Positions 17,304-27,965 of a stretch of DNA of 61,947 nucleotides are shown here, in pieces (position 1 is the first letter of the stretch; each line of letters starts with the position of its first letter). The translations under genes were made by a program, and so were the position numbers. The DNA comes from a virus. Lineage: Duplodnaviria; Caudoviricetes. The notes beneath the pieces were generated by a model. That model saw nothing but the letters and a program-made list of their open reading frames with translations, had not been told where the DNA came from and ran no database searches. The stretch is from positions 1 to 61,947 of IMG/VR virus record IMGVR_UViG_3300033153_001808. One strand, given 5' to 3'.

Positions 17304-17524
17304 CTATATACACACCAGGCACACAGATCAGAATCCGCAGACCATGTCCAGATTGTGTAGATGGTAAGGTAGAACTTCCTGGCCACGGACAAGACTTTGT
17401 ACCCATAGGCTTTACTGTTAAACTCTACCACAAAGGCTACTGTCCCACCTGTTGGGGCCAGATGTGGATTGAAGATTGGGTATCTATTGAAGACTTAGTT
17501 AGGTGGACACAAGAGTTATTATGA
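17300..17524 (+). CDS. small zinc-finger protein (CxxCxG motifs)
   Basis: CPDCVDG...CPTCWG. Confidence 0.65.
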   Translation: MTIYTPGTQIRIRRPCPDCVDGKVELPGHGQDFVPIGFTVKLYHKGYCPTCWGQMWIEDWVSIEDLVRWTQELL

Positions 17525-18702
17525 CAAGAAAATGCAAATCTAATTGGGTAGATACTTATCTAGAATTTACCCAATACCAAGAAGCCCCGGAAATATATCA
17601 TATCTGGATTGGTCTATCTACACTAGCCTCAACGGTCAAGAGGAATGTATTCCTACCACGCGGGTATTTTAATATCTTTCCGAATCTATACACCGCTATA
17701 GTAGGACCGACAGGAATCACCAAGACAACCGCAGCAGACATAGGTATAGAACTAATCGAAGGCTTGAAAGATATGGAGTTGATGAAAGAGAAACTAACCT
17801 CTTTCTTTGTTCTTGAGCATTTTGACAAGCTGACTAAAGCCAAAGGTGAGTGTTGTATAACTATCTATGCACCTGAGATGAAGAACTTTCTTGGAGATCT
17901 AAACAAAGCAGAGATTGTTGCTATGCTGACATCATTTTTTGGGTGTCCTAATTCTCCTGCTTATAGGACTAAAGGCGGAGGTGTGTATCAGTTCAAAGAC
18001 GTGTGTATTAATCTGCTTGTGTGTTCTACTCCTGAGTGGCTTACTTTAGGCACTACCACCGATGAAATCGCGGGAGGTTTCACAGGTCGTTTCCTGTATG
18101 TATTTGAGGACACCACCACCAGATCCAGTCCGTTTCCAGAAGACCTAATAACCCCAACAATCATGGCATACAAACAAGACCTTATAGATGATCTAAAACA
18201 CATCTCAACCCTAAAAGGTAAGTTCATACTAACCGATCAAGCCAAAGCAGAGTATATTATATGGTACAACAGACGTGGGGATGAGTGTCAAGACGAGCGT
18301 ATGTTAGGGTATTATGCACGTAAGAGAGATGTTGTATTTAAGGTATCTATGCTGGTGTCATTAGCCCAAGATGACTCTTTAGTAATAGACGAGGATATTC
18401 TACGCAAGACATTTAAGCTCCTATCAAACCTTGAGGTGAAAATGGTGCAAGCCTTTGCGGGTGTGGTAGATGACCCCGCCCTAAAATTCAAGGACCTTAT
18501 ACTATCACAAATAGCAGTCACATCAGGACAGACACTAACTAGATCCGAACTACTTAGAAAAAATTGGAATAAAATGGATGGCCAGACACTAGATAGAATA
18601 ATAACTAATCTTGTTGATGCACGGGTTATAAAAAGTCAATCAAAGTATAAAGGGAACCAAGTAGATATAGTCTACACTCTTATAGACTCAGGCATGATCT
18701 AA
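17521..18702 (+). CDS. DUF3987-like P-loop ATPase, putative replicative helicase
   Basis: FPNLY..VGPTGITKTT; GGFTGRF; C-terminal winged-helix-like region; lies after PolA; ORF track start 17503. Confidence 0.7.
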   Translation: MTRKCKSNWVDTYLEFTQYQEAPEIYHIWIGLSTLASTVKRNVFLPRGYFNIFPNLYTAIVGPTGITKTTAADIGIELIEGLKDMELMKEKLTSFFVLEHFDKLTKAKGECCITIYAPEMKNFLGDLNKAEIVAMLTSFFGCPNSPAYRTKGGGVYQFKDVCINLLVCSTPEWLTLGTTTDEIAGGFTGRFLYVFEDTTTRSSPFPEDLITPTIMAYKQDLIDDLKHISTLKGKFILTDQAKAEYIIWYNRRGDECQDERMLGYYARKRDVVFKVSMLVSLAQDDSLVIDEDILRKTFKLLSNLEVKMVQAFAGVVDDPALKFKDLILSQIAVTSGQTLTRSELLRKNWNKMDGQTLDRIITNLVDARVIKSQSKYKGNQVDIVYTLIDSGMI

Positions 18703-18714
18703 GGAGCTTTTATT

Positions 18715-19290
18715 ATGTACAGAGATGAACTAACAGACATAACATTCACTAGATTGACAGTAATATCTTTTTCTCATTATGACAAACGAAATAGACCTTA
18801 CTGGAACTGTTTGTGTTCATGTGGAAATACCCACACAGTTGCTGCAGCCAACCTAAAATCTGGTGCGGTTAAGAGTTGTGGTTGCTATCAAACAGATCAA
18901 GCGAACAAATACAGATACACAAAGCATGGGCATACACCAAAAGGTAAGATTCCAAGTGAGTATAATACCTGGAGAGCAATGAAAATACGATGTTATAACA
19001 TTAAAGCAAAGGACTACCCTAATTATGGTGGGCGCGGCATTATTGTATGTGATAAATGGAAGGATAGTTTTGAGAACTTCTTCAAGGATATGGGTTACAA
19101 ACCAACCACCAAGCACTCAATAGATAGAATAAATAATAATGGAAACTACACACCAAATAATTGTAGGTGGGCTACAAGTACAGAACAAAACAACAACAAA
19201 AATTACATTCGAAATGAAAACTCAATAGAGAACTGGAGGTTATTAGAATTACTTGGAAATAAGTTATTAATTAAAGGAGAACTAGAATGA
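18715..19290 (+). CDS. HNH-type homing endonuclease
   Basis: CLCSCGN..SCGC; YPNYGGRGI..W; HSIDRINNNGNY.PNNCRWAT..QNNN. Confidence 0.85.
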   Translation: MYRDELTDITFTRLTVISFSHYDKRNRPYWNCLCSCGNTHTVAAANLKSGAVKSCGCYQTDQANKYRYTKHGHTPKGKIPSEYNTWRAMKIRCYNIKAKDYPNYGGRGIIVCDKWKDSFENFFKDMGYKPTTKHSIDRINNNGNYTPNNCRWATSTEQNNNKNYIRNENSIENWRLLELLGNKLLIKGELE

Positions 19291-19658
19291 ACACATCAAT
19301 AGATTGGGAATGGTTGGTAGAGGGCTATAACTCTACATACTCCACGACCTACAAGGACGAGACAGAACTCCTGCTCTCCATAGGTCCTAAGTTCTCACCT
19401 CGCAACCTAGCACTCCAGCTCGGAGTCTCACACACAACAATCTACTACAGACTAGACAAGCACCGCATACCAAGATCCCATACAAGAGGCGGTGCCAACA
19501 ACAAAGGCAGGAAAGAAAGGGAGTTCCTTTCGATCCCACCTGATGATATGTGCCAATTTACAGTCCCGCAAATCGCACTCAAGTTATCCATACACAAAGA
19601 CTATTGCTACCAACTAGTACGAAAACACAAAAGAAGATTCAAAAGCCTCCTATCTTAA
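19287..19658 (+). CDS. helix-turn-helix protein
   Basis: PRNLALQLGVSHTTIYYRL and a second HTH-like VPQIALKLSIH..YQLV. Confidence 0.65.
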   Translation: MNTSIDWEWLVEGYNSTYSTTYKDETELLLSIGPKFSPRNLALQLGVSHTTIYYRLDKHRIPRSHTRGGANNKGRKEREFLSIPPDDMCQFTVPQIALKLSIHKDYCYQLVRKHKRRFKSLLS

Positions 19659-22277
19659 CCCTGGTTCTTTTCTGTGTATGAACATCTCCAACTCGCTGTC
19701 TTTATCCTCCATCCGCCGCCTGACATCTGCGGGAACTTTGTTTCTCCACTTCCATTCCTCGATCTGTTCCTCAGTAGGCAAATCCAACCCTTGTTCATGT
19801 GCAATTCGTGCCGCCTCCGGTTCATTCCCCTCAACATACAACTGAAAGATCTTATCCTTCCATTCCCTGTGTGCCATCTTCGCGGATCGCCTGACTGAAT
19901 AATCCAAGAACCCTTTACTAGATGCCGCAGTTTTAGGACCAATAAACTCACTAACCGCTTCCCAGGGTTTTAAGTCCAGTGTCCTCTCCCCCTTCTCAGT
20001 GAACATAGGAACCTTATCACCTGATCTCTCTTGCATACCTTTAATAAATTTCTCCCCCTTAGTCCACATCACAGGAGTAATAGCCTTAACTGCTTCTTTA
20101 AGCCCCTCGCCTTTTTCAAGTCCCTTAGCCCAAGCATACGCAGACGTAGCACTAGGTCCAAGACCAGTAGGTAGTAAACCCCCACCACCAATACCTAATT
20201 TAGTATGCCTAATAGCATCCTTCCATTCACCTTCTTTAACATCACTAAGAACCTTTACCAATTCACCGTAATTCATACCAAAACCAAGAGCGTTTGACAG
20301 ATCAATACCCAAAAACTTCTCAAGTGTCATATTCCCGCCCTCTGCCATAGCCAGGAGTTTGACCAACTTATACACCCCGTTCGGTCCTTCCTTAGCTAGA
20401 TTCATCATGAACTCAACTTGCTTAATAGGATAAGACCAGAACTGAAACGCAAGCCTCCCTACAGGACTAGCCAATGCTCTAGGCATACCTATTTTACCAT
20501 ACCTAAACTGTGTCTTATGTACTATATCTATACCATATTGTATTGCATCTTGTTCCTCAAGTCCCTTACGTTTTGCCTTCAAATACCCAGACAAAAAAGA
20601 ATGTTTCCTGTTTCCTAACTCGACCTTAGTAAACATAAACCCAACTGCCTGTCTGAGTTTCTCCATTCGTTTAGAAACCGCACCTTCCATCAATACAGTA
20701 GGAACCTCCTCGGCAAGTCCAGTTGCAGCAAACATCTCCTTGCCTTTAGGAGTCCAGGCCATCTCATAACCTTTTAACGAGTCCTGAAATCCAACCTCTG
20801 CTATTGTGTTTATTCTCTGTGTGAAGTTAGTAATAGCACTCCTGGGATTCAACCCAAGTGCCCGCATCCACTGGAAACTGGCAATCGAAGCAGACAACTC
20901 AGAAGCCTTCGGTCCAACTCCGGCCCAGTTTTTTATGAACCAACTAGCATAGTCTCGCCAACCAGGATCGACTTTATTGTATAAATCCTTAGCTAACTTA
21001 AGTGCAGGATCACCATAGAACTTCCTAGAAAAGCCAAACAAATATGTCTGATATGCTTTCACTGCATCGAATGAATATCCTTGTGCGCCTTTTCTGGACA
21101 TGAGGAATCTGAACTTAAACTGATCGGGCAGGGAATCATAGGTAATCAATCTCCCGCCTTTTAGGTTGTTTATACTAGTCCTCAAGGTCTGTAACTTCTT
21201 ATTAAGATTAGTAACTTTCTTCTGGTTTGTCGTTACACGTAACTTCTCTTCAATCTTCTTAGCATCAAACTCAAACCTAGCCATCAGTTCATCTCTGTCA
21301 AATATCCTAGGTAAGTAATGCTTGACTTTCCTTCTCAATATAGTATACGCTTCTTTATCACCGGGACTCAGTCTATTCAACCACTCTTGGTGTCGAAGTG
21401 CACGTTTAGCTTTCTCATATGTTTTATACTTCTTCAAGTCCTTGCCAGCTAAACTACCCACCTTCCTACCTGCTAATACAGAAGTCCTTAAACTCTCTAC
21501 ATAGCTATATAACTGTGCACGATTTTTTGTCAAGTCCCGCACTTTTGTCATGGGTTTATACTTCTTGCTCACGATTCTGGACAATTTATTATACGAATCA
21601 GTACTATCAGCAGCAGCTAGACCAAACTTCTTGTACAGATAATCAAACTGTCCTTGCAAGAACTCATACAACTTAAGCTCACCTTTCTTGAGTTGCTCCG
21701 GTGGAAGTTTAGCTTCCAAGGCCCGACCTACTCGGCGGGAACTCTCACTGTCCATCTTAATCTTGCCTTGAGCTATTCGGAACTTACTAACCTGATTAAC
21801 CAAAAACCTATTCTTAGCCTCAGACATTCTACCTAACACAGACACGATCTCACTCAATGACCCACTCTTCTCCAACTTCGCCGCCTCAGCAGGTGAGTGA
21901 AACCATCCCCTCAACCTCTTAAACTTCCCAGGAGCATCCTTTAGTGCGCCACTAGGCAACTCACTTGCAGCCTTAAATCCCTCGCCTGATTCAGTAGTCT
22001 TGGGCATCTGGGCAGTTAGTTTACTAGTAGCTTTGAGTCCTTGAACTGCCTTCTGCATACCCTTTGAGATCTTCGGAGCCACAGACAACCCCGCAAGAGA
22101 CTCCCACATGACCTGTTCTAGTTCTTCCTCACTCAGTGCAGATCGCTTTTTCAACTCATCAATATCCACAGTACGGCCAAGCCTGGCACCGAGGTCTTTG
22201 AGTAGATCGAAGACTCCATAACTTCGGATACGCTTCAAAAGTGCGGGATCTTTAATTACCTTAACTTGTTGGGGCAT
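19650..22277 (-). CDS. large internal virion / ejection protein (large polyvalent-like)
   Basis: 875 aa, helical and basic; LGLNPRSAITNFTQ, TQFRYG, FQFWSYP; last gene of the structural arm. Confidence 0.65.
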   Translation of the reverse strand: MPQQVKVIKDPALLKRIRSYGVFDLLKDLGARLGRTVDIDELKKRSALSEEELEQVMWESLAGLSVAPKISKGMQKAVQGLKATSKLTAQMPKTTESGEGFKAASELPSGALKDAPGKFKRLRGWFHSPAEAAKLEKSGSLSEIVSVLGRMSEAKNRFLVNQVSKFRIAQGKIKMDSESSRRVGRALEAKLPPEQLKKGELKLYEFLQGQFDYLYKKFGLAAADSTDSYNKLSRIVSKKYKPMTKVRDLTKNRAQLYSYVESLRTSVLAGRKVGSLAGKDLKKYKTYEKAKRALRHQEWLNRLSPGDKEAYTILRRKVKHYLPRIFDRDELMARFEFDAKKIEEKLRVTTNQKKVTNLNKKLQTLRTSINNLKGGRLITYDSLPDQFKFRFLMSRKGAQGYSFDAVKAYQTYLFGFSRKFYGDPALKLAKDLYNKVDPGWRDYASWFIKNWAGVGPKASELSASIASFQWMRALGLNPRSAITNFTQRINTIAEVGFQDSLKGYEMAWTPKGKEMFAATGLAEEVPTVLMEGAVSKRMEKLRQAVGFMFTKVELGNRKHSFLSGYLKAKRKGLEEQDAIQYGIDIVHKTQFRYGKIGMPRALASPVGRLAFQFWSYPIKQVEFMMNLAKEGPNGVYKLVKLLAMAEGGNMTLEKFLGIDLSNALGFGMNYGELVKVLSDVKEGEWKDAIRHTKLGIGGGGLLPTGLGPSATSAYAWAKGLEKGEGLKEAVKAITPVMWTKGEKFIKGMQERSGDKVPMFTEKGERTLDLKPWEAVSEFIGPKTAASSKGFLDYSVRRSAKMAHREWKDKIFQLYVEGNEPEAARIAHEQGLDLPTEEQIEEWKWRNKVPADVRRRMEDKDSELEMFIHRKEPGLR

Positions 22278-23290
22278 TATGGTAATCTCCTAAATGGTGG
22301 CTGACCTCGCTGTAATAACTCACTTCTTCCTGACACTGGTGGTGCTTGAGTGAAGTTCTGTTCTTCTTTTGTTCCCTTAGAGACTGGGTTGATTCTTTCT
22401 AATAACCAATCAAGAAAACCTTCATCACTATCTGGTTCCGGTTCTGGATATTTTTCTATCAACTCACGTCTAGCTCTAGCTTGGGCTTCTTCAACTAACC
22501 TAGTACGTAACTCAGGACTAACTCCCTTAGCCAACGCTTTTTGTTCTGCTCGTAGACCTTCTGCTTCTATGTAGGCTTGTTTGTATTGTGCTTGTGATTG
22601 TTCAAAGGTTTCATCTCCAATAAACTGCATACTTCTTAGCTTTTTCTTTTTTATGTCCTCTACTAATTTCAACTTAGTCCCAACAATCCGGGCCTGTTCT
22701 GCATCTTCTCTCTGTGTAAAAGAACGATCTCTACTAAAGTCACTATATTTTACCCAACCAGGTCCAGTAGGCGCACCTTCAGTCTTAGGTAAATTCACCC
22801 TCTCATTACCCTTTACCCAGGTCTGTATCCCAACACTCGGAGGTTGAGAAGATACAACCTTTCCGCCTTTATCTGTCCACTTCCCGTTAATATATTCCTG
22901 CACCTGCTTACCAGGAATCTTGCCACCTTTGGGTCCAGTAATCTGTACAGGAAGTGTCCTAACAGCTCCCTCCATTGGAGTCTTTTCTTTTTCACGAGTC
23001 TTGATAAGACTCTGCAAATTCTTAATCTGCATGAATGATTTAATATCCGGACTAGTCTTCCGGCGTCTCAGCATACCTACACTACCTATCCTTAACACCC
23101 CACCATCAGCAGACCCTTCTGGTCCAACAGGTTCCCATTCACCACTCTCCAACAACTTACTATACATGCGCATAGCTTCGGTGTCTTTGTCTGACTTCTG
23201 CTTCTCTATACGCTGACTAGCAGTTTGCATACCACCCAAAAATCCGGCGGCTCCTTCACTACCTAGACTACCAAAAGCTGAAAATGCCAT
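22277..23290 (-). CDS. putative internal virion / ejection protein
   Basis: Gly/Ala-rich N-terminus; position. Confidence 0.55.
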   Translation of the reverse strand: MAFSAFGSLGSEGAAGFLGGMQTASQRIEKQKSDKDTEAMRMYSKLLESGEWEPVGPEGSADGGVLRIGSVGMLRRRKTSPDIKSFMQIKNLQSLIKTREKEKTPMEGAVRTLPVQITGPKGGKIPGKQVQEYINGKWTDKGGKVVSSQPPSVGIQTWVKGNERVNLPKTEGAPTGPGWVKYSDFSRDRSFTQREDAEQARIVGTKLKLVEDIKKKKLRSMQFIGDETFEQSQAQYKQAYIEAEGLRAEQKALAKGVSPELRTRLVEEAQARARRELIEKYPEPEPDSDEGFLDWLLERINPVSKGTKEEQNFTQAPPVSGRSELLQRGQPPFRRLP

Positions 23291-23319
23291 GTTGTTGTCT
23301 CCTCTATATATCGTAGGGG

Positions 23320-24066
23320 TTAAAAGGTTTTCAATAAATCTTTCTTCTTAGTAGTCCCCCACTCCGGTGCTGGCTCAGGAGTAGCGCCTGTCTTACTAGT
23401 TAACTGTCCATACTGACTATAAGGCATAGGAGTATCTGCGGCAGTATTAGGATCACTATACCCATACATAGGTTGCTCTTTATCACCCGCTCGAAATGCA
23501 GCGGTGGTAAGATCACCAAGTGTACTTGCAATAGCACCATAGTTCTTAGTCATATTCGCATAATCCTTCTGCGTAGCCCACATCCTAGCATCCTGACTTG
23601 CGCCGTACTTAGCACCCATAGCTTGCTGTGTATATTGATTAGTCAACTTAACATCAAGATCTCTCTTGGCTGTCTGACTCTCTCTTGTTGCCTTGCCTTT
23701 GGCATCTTGGGTCTTAATAGCCAGATCCGCCAGTGCTCTTAACTTAGCCCCACCAGGCGGTATGTTCTCGGCAATCATCTGTTGAGCACTCTTACTCTGT
23801 GAATCTATTAACCTGTTCTGCTCTTGCAAGGCGAAGTCTATCTCACCGAACTGATCCTGAAAGCCCGGCACGTCTAGCTGACTCGCCTTCCCACCACCCA
23901 AGAAATACTCCGTAATCCCCTGTTGCATAGCCACAGTTCCTTGACCCTGTTCCATCATCTGATTCAGTGCCTTGGCTTGACTACTGGCTCCATATACACT
24001 AGCAGCAGTTCCAGCTACTCCTACCACTGTCTGTACTATCTGTTCTGCTCCAAATCCACTGCCCAT
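23320..24066 (-). CDS. putative DNA pilot / ejection protein
   Basis: Hydrophobic G/A N-terminus, Q/A-rich helix; follows the nozzle gene. Confidence 0.55.
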   Translation of the reverse strand: MGSGFGAEQIVQTVVGVAGTAASVYGASSQAKALNQMMEQGQGTVAMQQGITEYFLGGGKASQLDVPGFQDQFGEIDFALQEQNRLIDSQSKSAQQMIAENIPPGGAKLRALADLAIKTQDAKGKATRESQTAKRDLDVKLTNQYTQQAMGAKYGASQDARMWATQKDYANMTKNYGAIASTLGDLTTAAFRAGDKEQPMYGYSDPNTAADTPMPYSQYGQLTSKTGATPEPAPEWGTTKKKDLLKTF

Positions 24067-24076
24067 CTTACACCTC

Positions 24077-24370
24077 CTACTTATAGTCTCGTCCTAAACT
24101 AGTCTGCACTAAAGCTCCTGCTGTGTCAATAGTAACTCGCCAATATACCGGCGGATCTGCTCCGTCTTTCAAGACCACACCTCTTGATGCACTGGTGTGT
24201 ACTGTATCATATTGTGTAGTTTGTCGAGCATACAATTCCGGTTCTCCTCTGTGTCCTTCTATCTTGTCTAGTCTGTTAGCCAACAACTCAAAGACCCTAT
24301 TACATTCAACCAATAAATCATTAGGATCTGTGCTTCTGATCTTATACGGAACTGAACCAAAATCGGTCAT
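24077..24370 (-). CDS. small tail-associated protein
   Basis: C-terminal VVLKD..YWRVTIDTAGAL motif shared with 26127..27245. Confidence 0.55.
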   Translation of the reverse strand: MTDFGSVPYKIRSTDPNDLLVECNRVFELLANRLDKIEGHRGEPELYARQTTQYDTVHTSASRGVVLKDGADPPVYWRVTIDTAGALVQTSLGRDYK

Positions 24371-26136
24371 TACAAAATCTCCAATTCATTAAACACATGA
24401 GTGATAGGACTAGGTGTTCCTGTTGCAAGTATTCTTATATACAAATACCTGCCTTTTAGTTGTGGGCCAAAATCATACCAAGCGTATCTTGTACTTGAAT
24501 CCTGATCCGTGAGAGCTTGGGTGTGTTCTAAAGTCCCGTCCACATAGAAATACAAAGTCCAGTCTCCCTTACAATCAACCCGGAATTTTCTGACCCAACC
24601 AACTGCTTGATTAGAGTCCTTCCCTACCAAAGAATACGCTTTTGTAACCACATCAGGAACAGCTGAGTCGTCTGTATTAGTCGCCGAGCTGAACAGCTCA
24701 TAGATACTATAAGAACTAGCACTACCCAATCCTCCATATAACTTACCCCGCCCACCATCAGAAGTTAAACTCCCGGCCTCTACACTCAACTGCCGCCAAC
24801 TCTGTTCAAACACATCAAAGGCTATGATGTTGTTAGTCACCGTCCCATCAACATCCTTTATAGGTAGCATAAGATAATAAACTCCTAACAAGAAACACCC
24901 TCTAGCTACACTATCTACCGTAGATGTGTCTACTATATCAACCCAGGATTCTGCTGTGAGACCAAAACTCCGGCCTATTGCTTCGCTTATACGTACAGAC
25001 TTCAAGCCATCAAATCTATACACTCCATCATGAGCCAAGAAATAAATCCCATCCGGGCCAGTAGCTACACTCCATCTCGCTACAGTACCTACATGAGATC
25101 TTGTCTGGTGCCACGCAAAGGTATTGGAGTCACTTCCATACATCCCCGCAATCCCGGCGGTCTGTATAAAATACAACTTACCCTCGAATCCTATTATGTT
25201 CTGTATCGAATCATCACTAGTACCTACATCTAGATAGTATGTAGAGGGCCAATTATCAGGTCTCTCACTCCTTGAGAACCACACCCGATTAGGATAATCA
25301 ACCGAGCCAGCTAAAAAGAGTCTATTCAAATGTGCCACTACTACATCACCAGTCGGCGGGACTCCTTGATCTGTGGTTATTTGTGTACTCAAATCTGCAT
25401 CTATTTTTGTATCAAAAAATGTAGTAGCTGTGTTGTCATTAACATTTCCCGCAAGGTATTGGGTTCCGCCATCTACCAGAGTCCTATACACCCGCCTCTT
25501 AGTAACTCGACTATCACTACTCACGCTTATACTCGTCAGTGTAGCCGAGTCATTAGCGGCGGCAGTCGTAGCAATACTAGATATACTAGGATCTGATTCT
25601 GCTCCTGTGTCTTCATCATAAAAAGTATAACTATATACATAATCCCCGGCTGCTAGATCACCTCCACTACCTGCCATAGCAACTATAGGCAAATTAGTAG
25701 GTGCGTCTATACCCCAGGTCTTACTTCCTGTACCATTATCTGACAGCATAATAATTCCATCAGTCAAGAATACATAAGTAGTAGACCCCAAGACAGGTTT
25801 AATAGGTGCATAACTAACATGATCACCGGTCATAGAAGTAGACAGTGTTCTAGTAGACTGGGTGGATGAATTATAACAATACAGATTATCCCCAACAATA
25901 TAGAATATAAGATGTTTACTAACTCCTTCAACATCTACAATATACAAATCCTCAATCATGCTGGCTATAGTCTCACCAGCGAAGTAGGAGTTTTCGACAT
26001 ACAAATTCCGGCACTTCAAGGCTCCCAACCTATCCAGACTCACATCCTTACACATAAACAACGCATCATCTTTCATGAGTTCTTTTCGTGCTCTGTTCTG
26101 CCACCCAACTGCAAAGTTACTTATTATTATTCCCAT
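24370..26136 (-). CDS. tail nozzle / tubular protein B (DNA stabilization protein)
   Basis: Beta-propeller-like: NRLFLAG..NRVWFS..PDNWP, GIYFLAHDGVYRFDG. Confidence 0.75.
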   Translation of the reverse strand: MGIIISNFAVGWQNRARKELMKDDALFMCKDVSLDRLGALKCRNLYVENSYFAGETIASMIEDLYIVDVEGVSKHLIFYIVGDNLYCYNSSTQSTRTLSTSMTGDHVSYAPIKPVLGSTTYVFLTDGIIMLSDNGTGSKTWGIDAPTNLPIVAMAGSGGDLAAGDYVYSYTFYDEDTGAESDPSISSIATTAAANDSATLTSISVSSDSRVTKRRVYRTLVDGGTQYLAGNVNDNTATTFFDTKIDADLSTQITTDQGVPPTGDVVVAHLNRLFLAGSVDYPNRVWFSRSERPDNWPSTYYLDVGTSDDSIQNIIGFEGKLYFIQTAGIAGMYGSDSNTFAWHQTRSHVGTVARWSVATGPDGIYFLAHDGVYRFDGLKSVRISEAIGRSFGLTAESWVDIVDTSTVDSVARGCFLLGVYYLMLPIKDVDGTVTNNIIAFDVFEQSWRQLSVEAGSLTSDGGRGKLYGGLGSASSYSIYELFSSATNTDDSAVPDVVTKAYSLVGKDSNQAVGWVRKFRVDCKGDWTLYFYVDGTLEHTQALTDQDSSTRYAWYDFGPQLKGRYLYIRILATGTPSPITHVFNELEIL

Positions 26137-27245
26137 CTGGATTCAAAGATCCCCCGTATAGAAGTGCACTCAGCAAAGAATATATTTTTCATCAACTCAG
26201 CCTTTTCTGTATCTTTCCCATCCCCATCTTGACCAAAAGCCAGAGCAAGAACACCATGTTTAAGTACCGGCATTAAGCCATCCGATAACCAAATTTCATG
26301 TTCATAAGCACCTAGATCCCTATGTGATCCTTTATACCATAAAGTCCCGGCTTCTGTGTTGGTGCGACCAAACAAACTAAGCCCAACTGGTCTATTGACC
26401 TTAACCACACTCGTAGGCGTGGTGGATGTACTGTCAGCATAAGCGTCCACAATAATACCATACTCCGCATTAGCCCCGCCTCCTGCTGTAAAGGTCTGGT
26501 AGTCTGCATAGTCAATAACGGCGGCAACTCCTATACCATAATTAGTATAGACTGTCTCTGTCCGCAATACACCAGAATCATCAACCAATAACAACCAATC
26601 ATTAGACCCACCACTTGAATCTATCAAAGCAATGTCTGTAGCACTAGTAGACGCACTAGCAGTAGTAACCAACAAACCAACAGCGGACACAGTCAGATCC
26701 CAGTATGTAGTTGGCCCTGCAAGTACCGGCGCGGTTGCAGCACCACCAGCGTTGGTAGTAATTATCACACCCCTATTTGTTGTCACCGTCCAGAAAGCTC
26801 CACCTACAGATAAGATCAGACCTGCTGTAGGTGCTGCACTTGAGCCTCCATCGTATACACTACTAGGAACCGGTACATATCTAATCACACTCCCTGGGCC
26901 ACTACCTATTAGACTAGCTCCAGTTGGTGTTCCTGTCCCTCCTGCAAGCCAGTCATCGTCTAGAAAGTCCAGTTCATCCAAGCTAACCGAGTCCTTCATC
27001 AGCTGACTAAACTGCACAAAATAACTCTGCTCATAATCTTCTGGTACAGTAGCTTCTCCGGTAGTACCATTGACTAATCTATTTTCTGTCTTGTCAAACA
27101 ACTGTGTCAACTGACAGAACATCTTCAATGCCTGTCTTGTATACCCAAACACTTCAGCTTTAGTCCATACGGGGTTAGTACTATAGTCTTCCTGTAGTAC
27201 ATCTCCTATATCTGTGAGAAAATCATCTACTCTCATTTTGCTCAC
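26127..27245 (-). CDS. tail adaptor/ring-like protein with repeated insertion motif
   Basis: WTKAEVFGY..; IRYVPVP; C-terminal helix; three W-x-(T/L)-x..G-(V/L)-(I/L) repeats. Confidence 0.6.
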   Translation of the reverse strand: MSKMRVDDFLTDIGDVLQEDYSTNPVWTKAEVFGYTRQALKMFCQLTQLFDKTENRLVNGTTGEATVPEDYEQSYFVQFSQLMKDSVSLDELDFLDDDWLAGGTGTPTGASLIGSGPGSVIRYVPVPSSVYDGGSSAAPTAGLILSVGGAFWTVTTNRGVIITTNAGGAATAPVLAGPTTYWDLTVSAVGLLVTTASASTSATDIALIDSSGGSNDWLLLVDDSGVLRTETVYTNYGIGVAAVIDYADYQTFTAGGGANAEYGIIVDAYADSTSTTPTSVVKVNRPVGLSLFGRTNTEAGTLWYKGSHRDLGAYEHEIWLSDGLMPVLKHGVLALAFGQDGDGKDTEKAELMKNIFFAECTSIRGIFESRWE

Positions 27246-27957
27246 CTTGTGTTCGCTGTGAATCTACCGTTTTTTGTTGTGATCTCCTGATGTCGTCTAC
27301 CATAAACTCCACCGGTCTTGGCTTAAATCCCTGACCAGACGGGAACTTGGATTTAGTTGTCGCAACCAGTTCATTGACACGAGTTACGTACATCTTGTAA
27401 GACTCTGCGGCTTCTTTGGCCCGACCAGGCTCACTTGCAAATCCATGAAAGACACCGTAGTGGAATAATATATCCTGAAAGTTCTCGCTCAACCTAGGTT
27501 CGTCTGTGGCGGTGAGACTAACCGGCACAAAGGCTCCTATGATAGTTAGGTCCACCGACCCACCAGAAGGTATAGGTACTACACCAATCATACACTCTGC
27601 ATGGTCGTACGGAGCGAGGACTATATACTGTGTAGCATCTACTCCAGATATAGTCCCTTCCCATGTAGAACTAAAGAACTCAAGCTCATCTAAACGGACC
27701 GGATTGACTCGTGTTCCCGTAGTTGTATTCGCTACATAAATCGGGGCAATCATTTCTGCACTGGAGTCTACCGGCAGAGCTACAAAATTCCGAGTTTCGC
27801 CTATGCTTACACTACCCCTTCTCTCATCAAATAATGTAAGCACAGCGGTTAGTTTATACCCATCATTTATGGACTCCAAGACAAAAGCATCTGTTCTATA
27901 CACTGCTTTATCAGCCAGTATATATTGTATGTTAGCAACTAAAGTAGAAACAAGCAT
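27223..27957 (-). CDS. tail adaptor / tubular protein A-like
   Basis: AGGAG RBS before MLVST; INDGY; VVPIP; DEPRLSENFQDILFHY. Confidence 0.65.
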   Translation of the reverse strand: MLVSTLVANIQYILADKAVYRTDAFVLESINDGYKLTAVLTLFDERRGSVSIGETRNFVALPVDSSAEMIAPIYVANTTTGTRVNPVRLDELEFFSSTWEGTISGVDATQYIVLAPYDHAECMIGVVPIPSGGSVDLTIIGAFVPVSLTATDEPRLSENFQDILFHYGVFHGFASEPGRAKEAAESYKMYVTRVNELVATTKSKFPSGQGFKPRPVEFMVDDIRRSQQKTVDSQRTQGEQNESR

Positions 27958-27965
27958 ATCAACTC

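Noticed and set aside
18715-19290. HNH genes as group I intron ORFs (also 58292 and 61288)
   Set aside because: Flanking genes look complete, and the spacing leaves no room for intron cores. The upstream side of 61288 cannot be fully assessed at the window edge.
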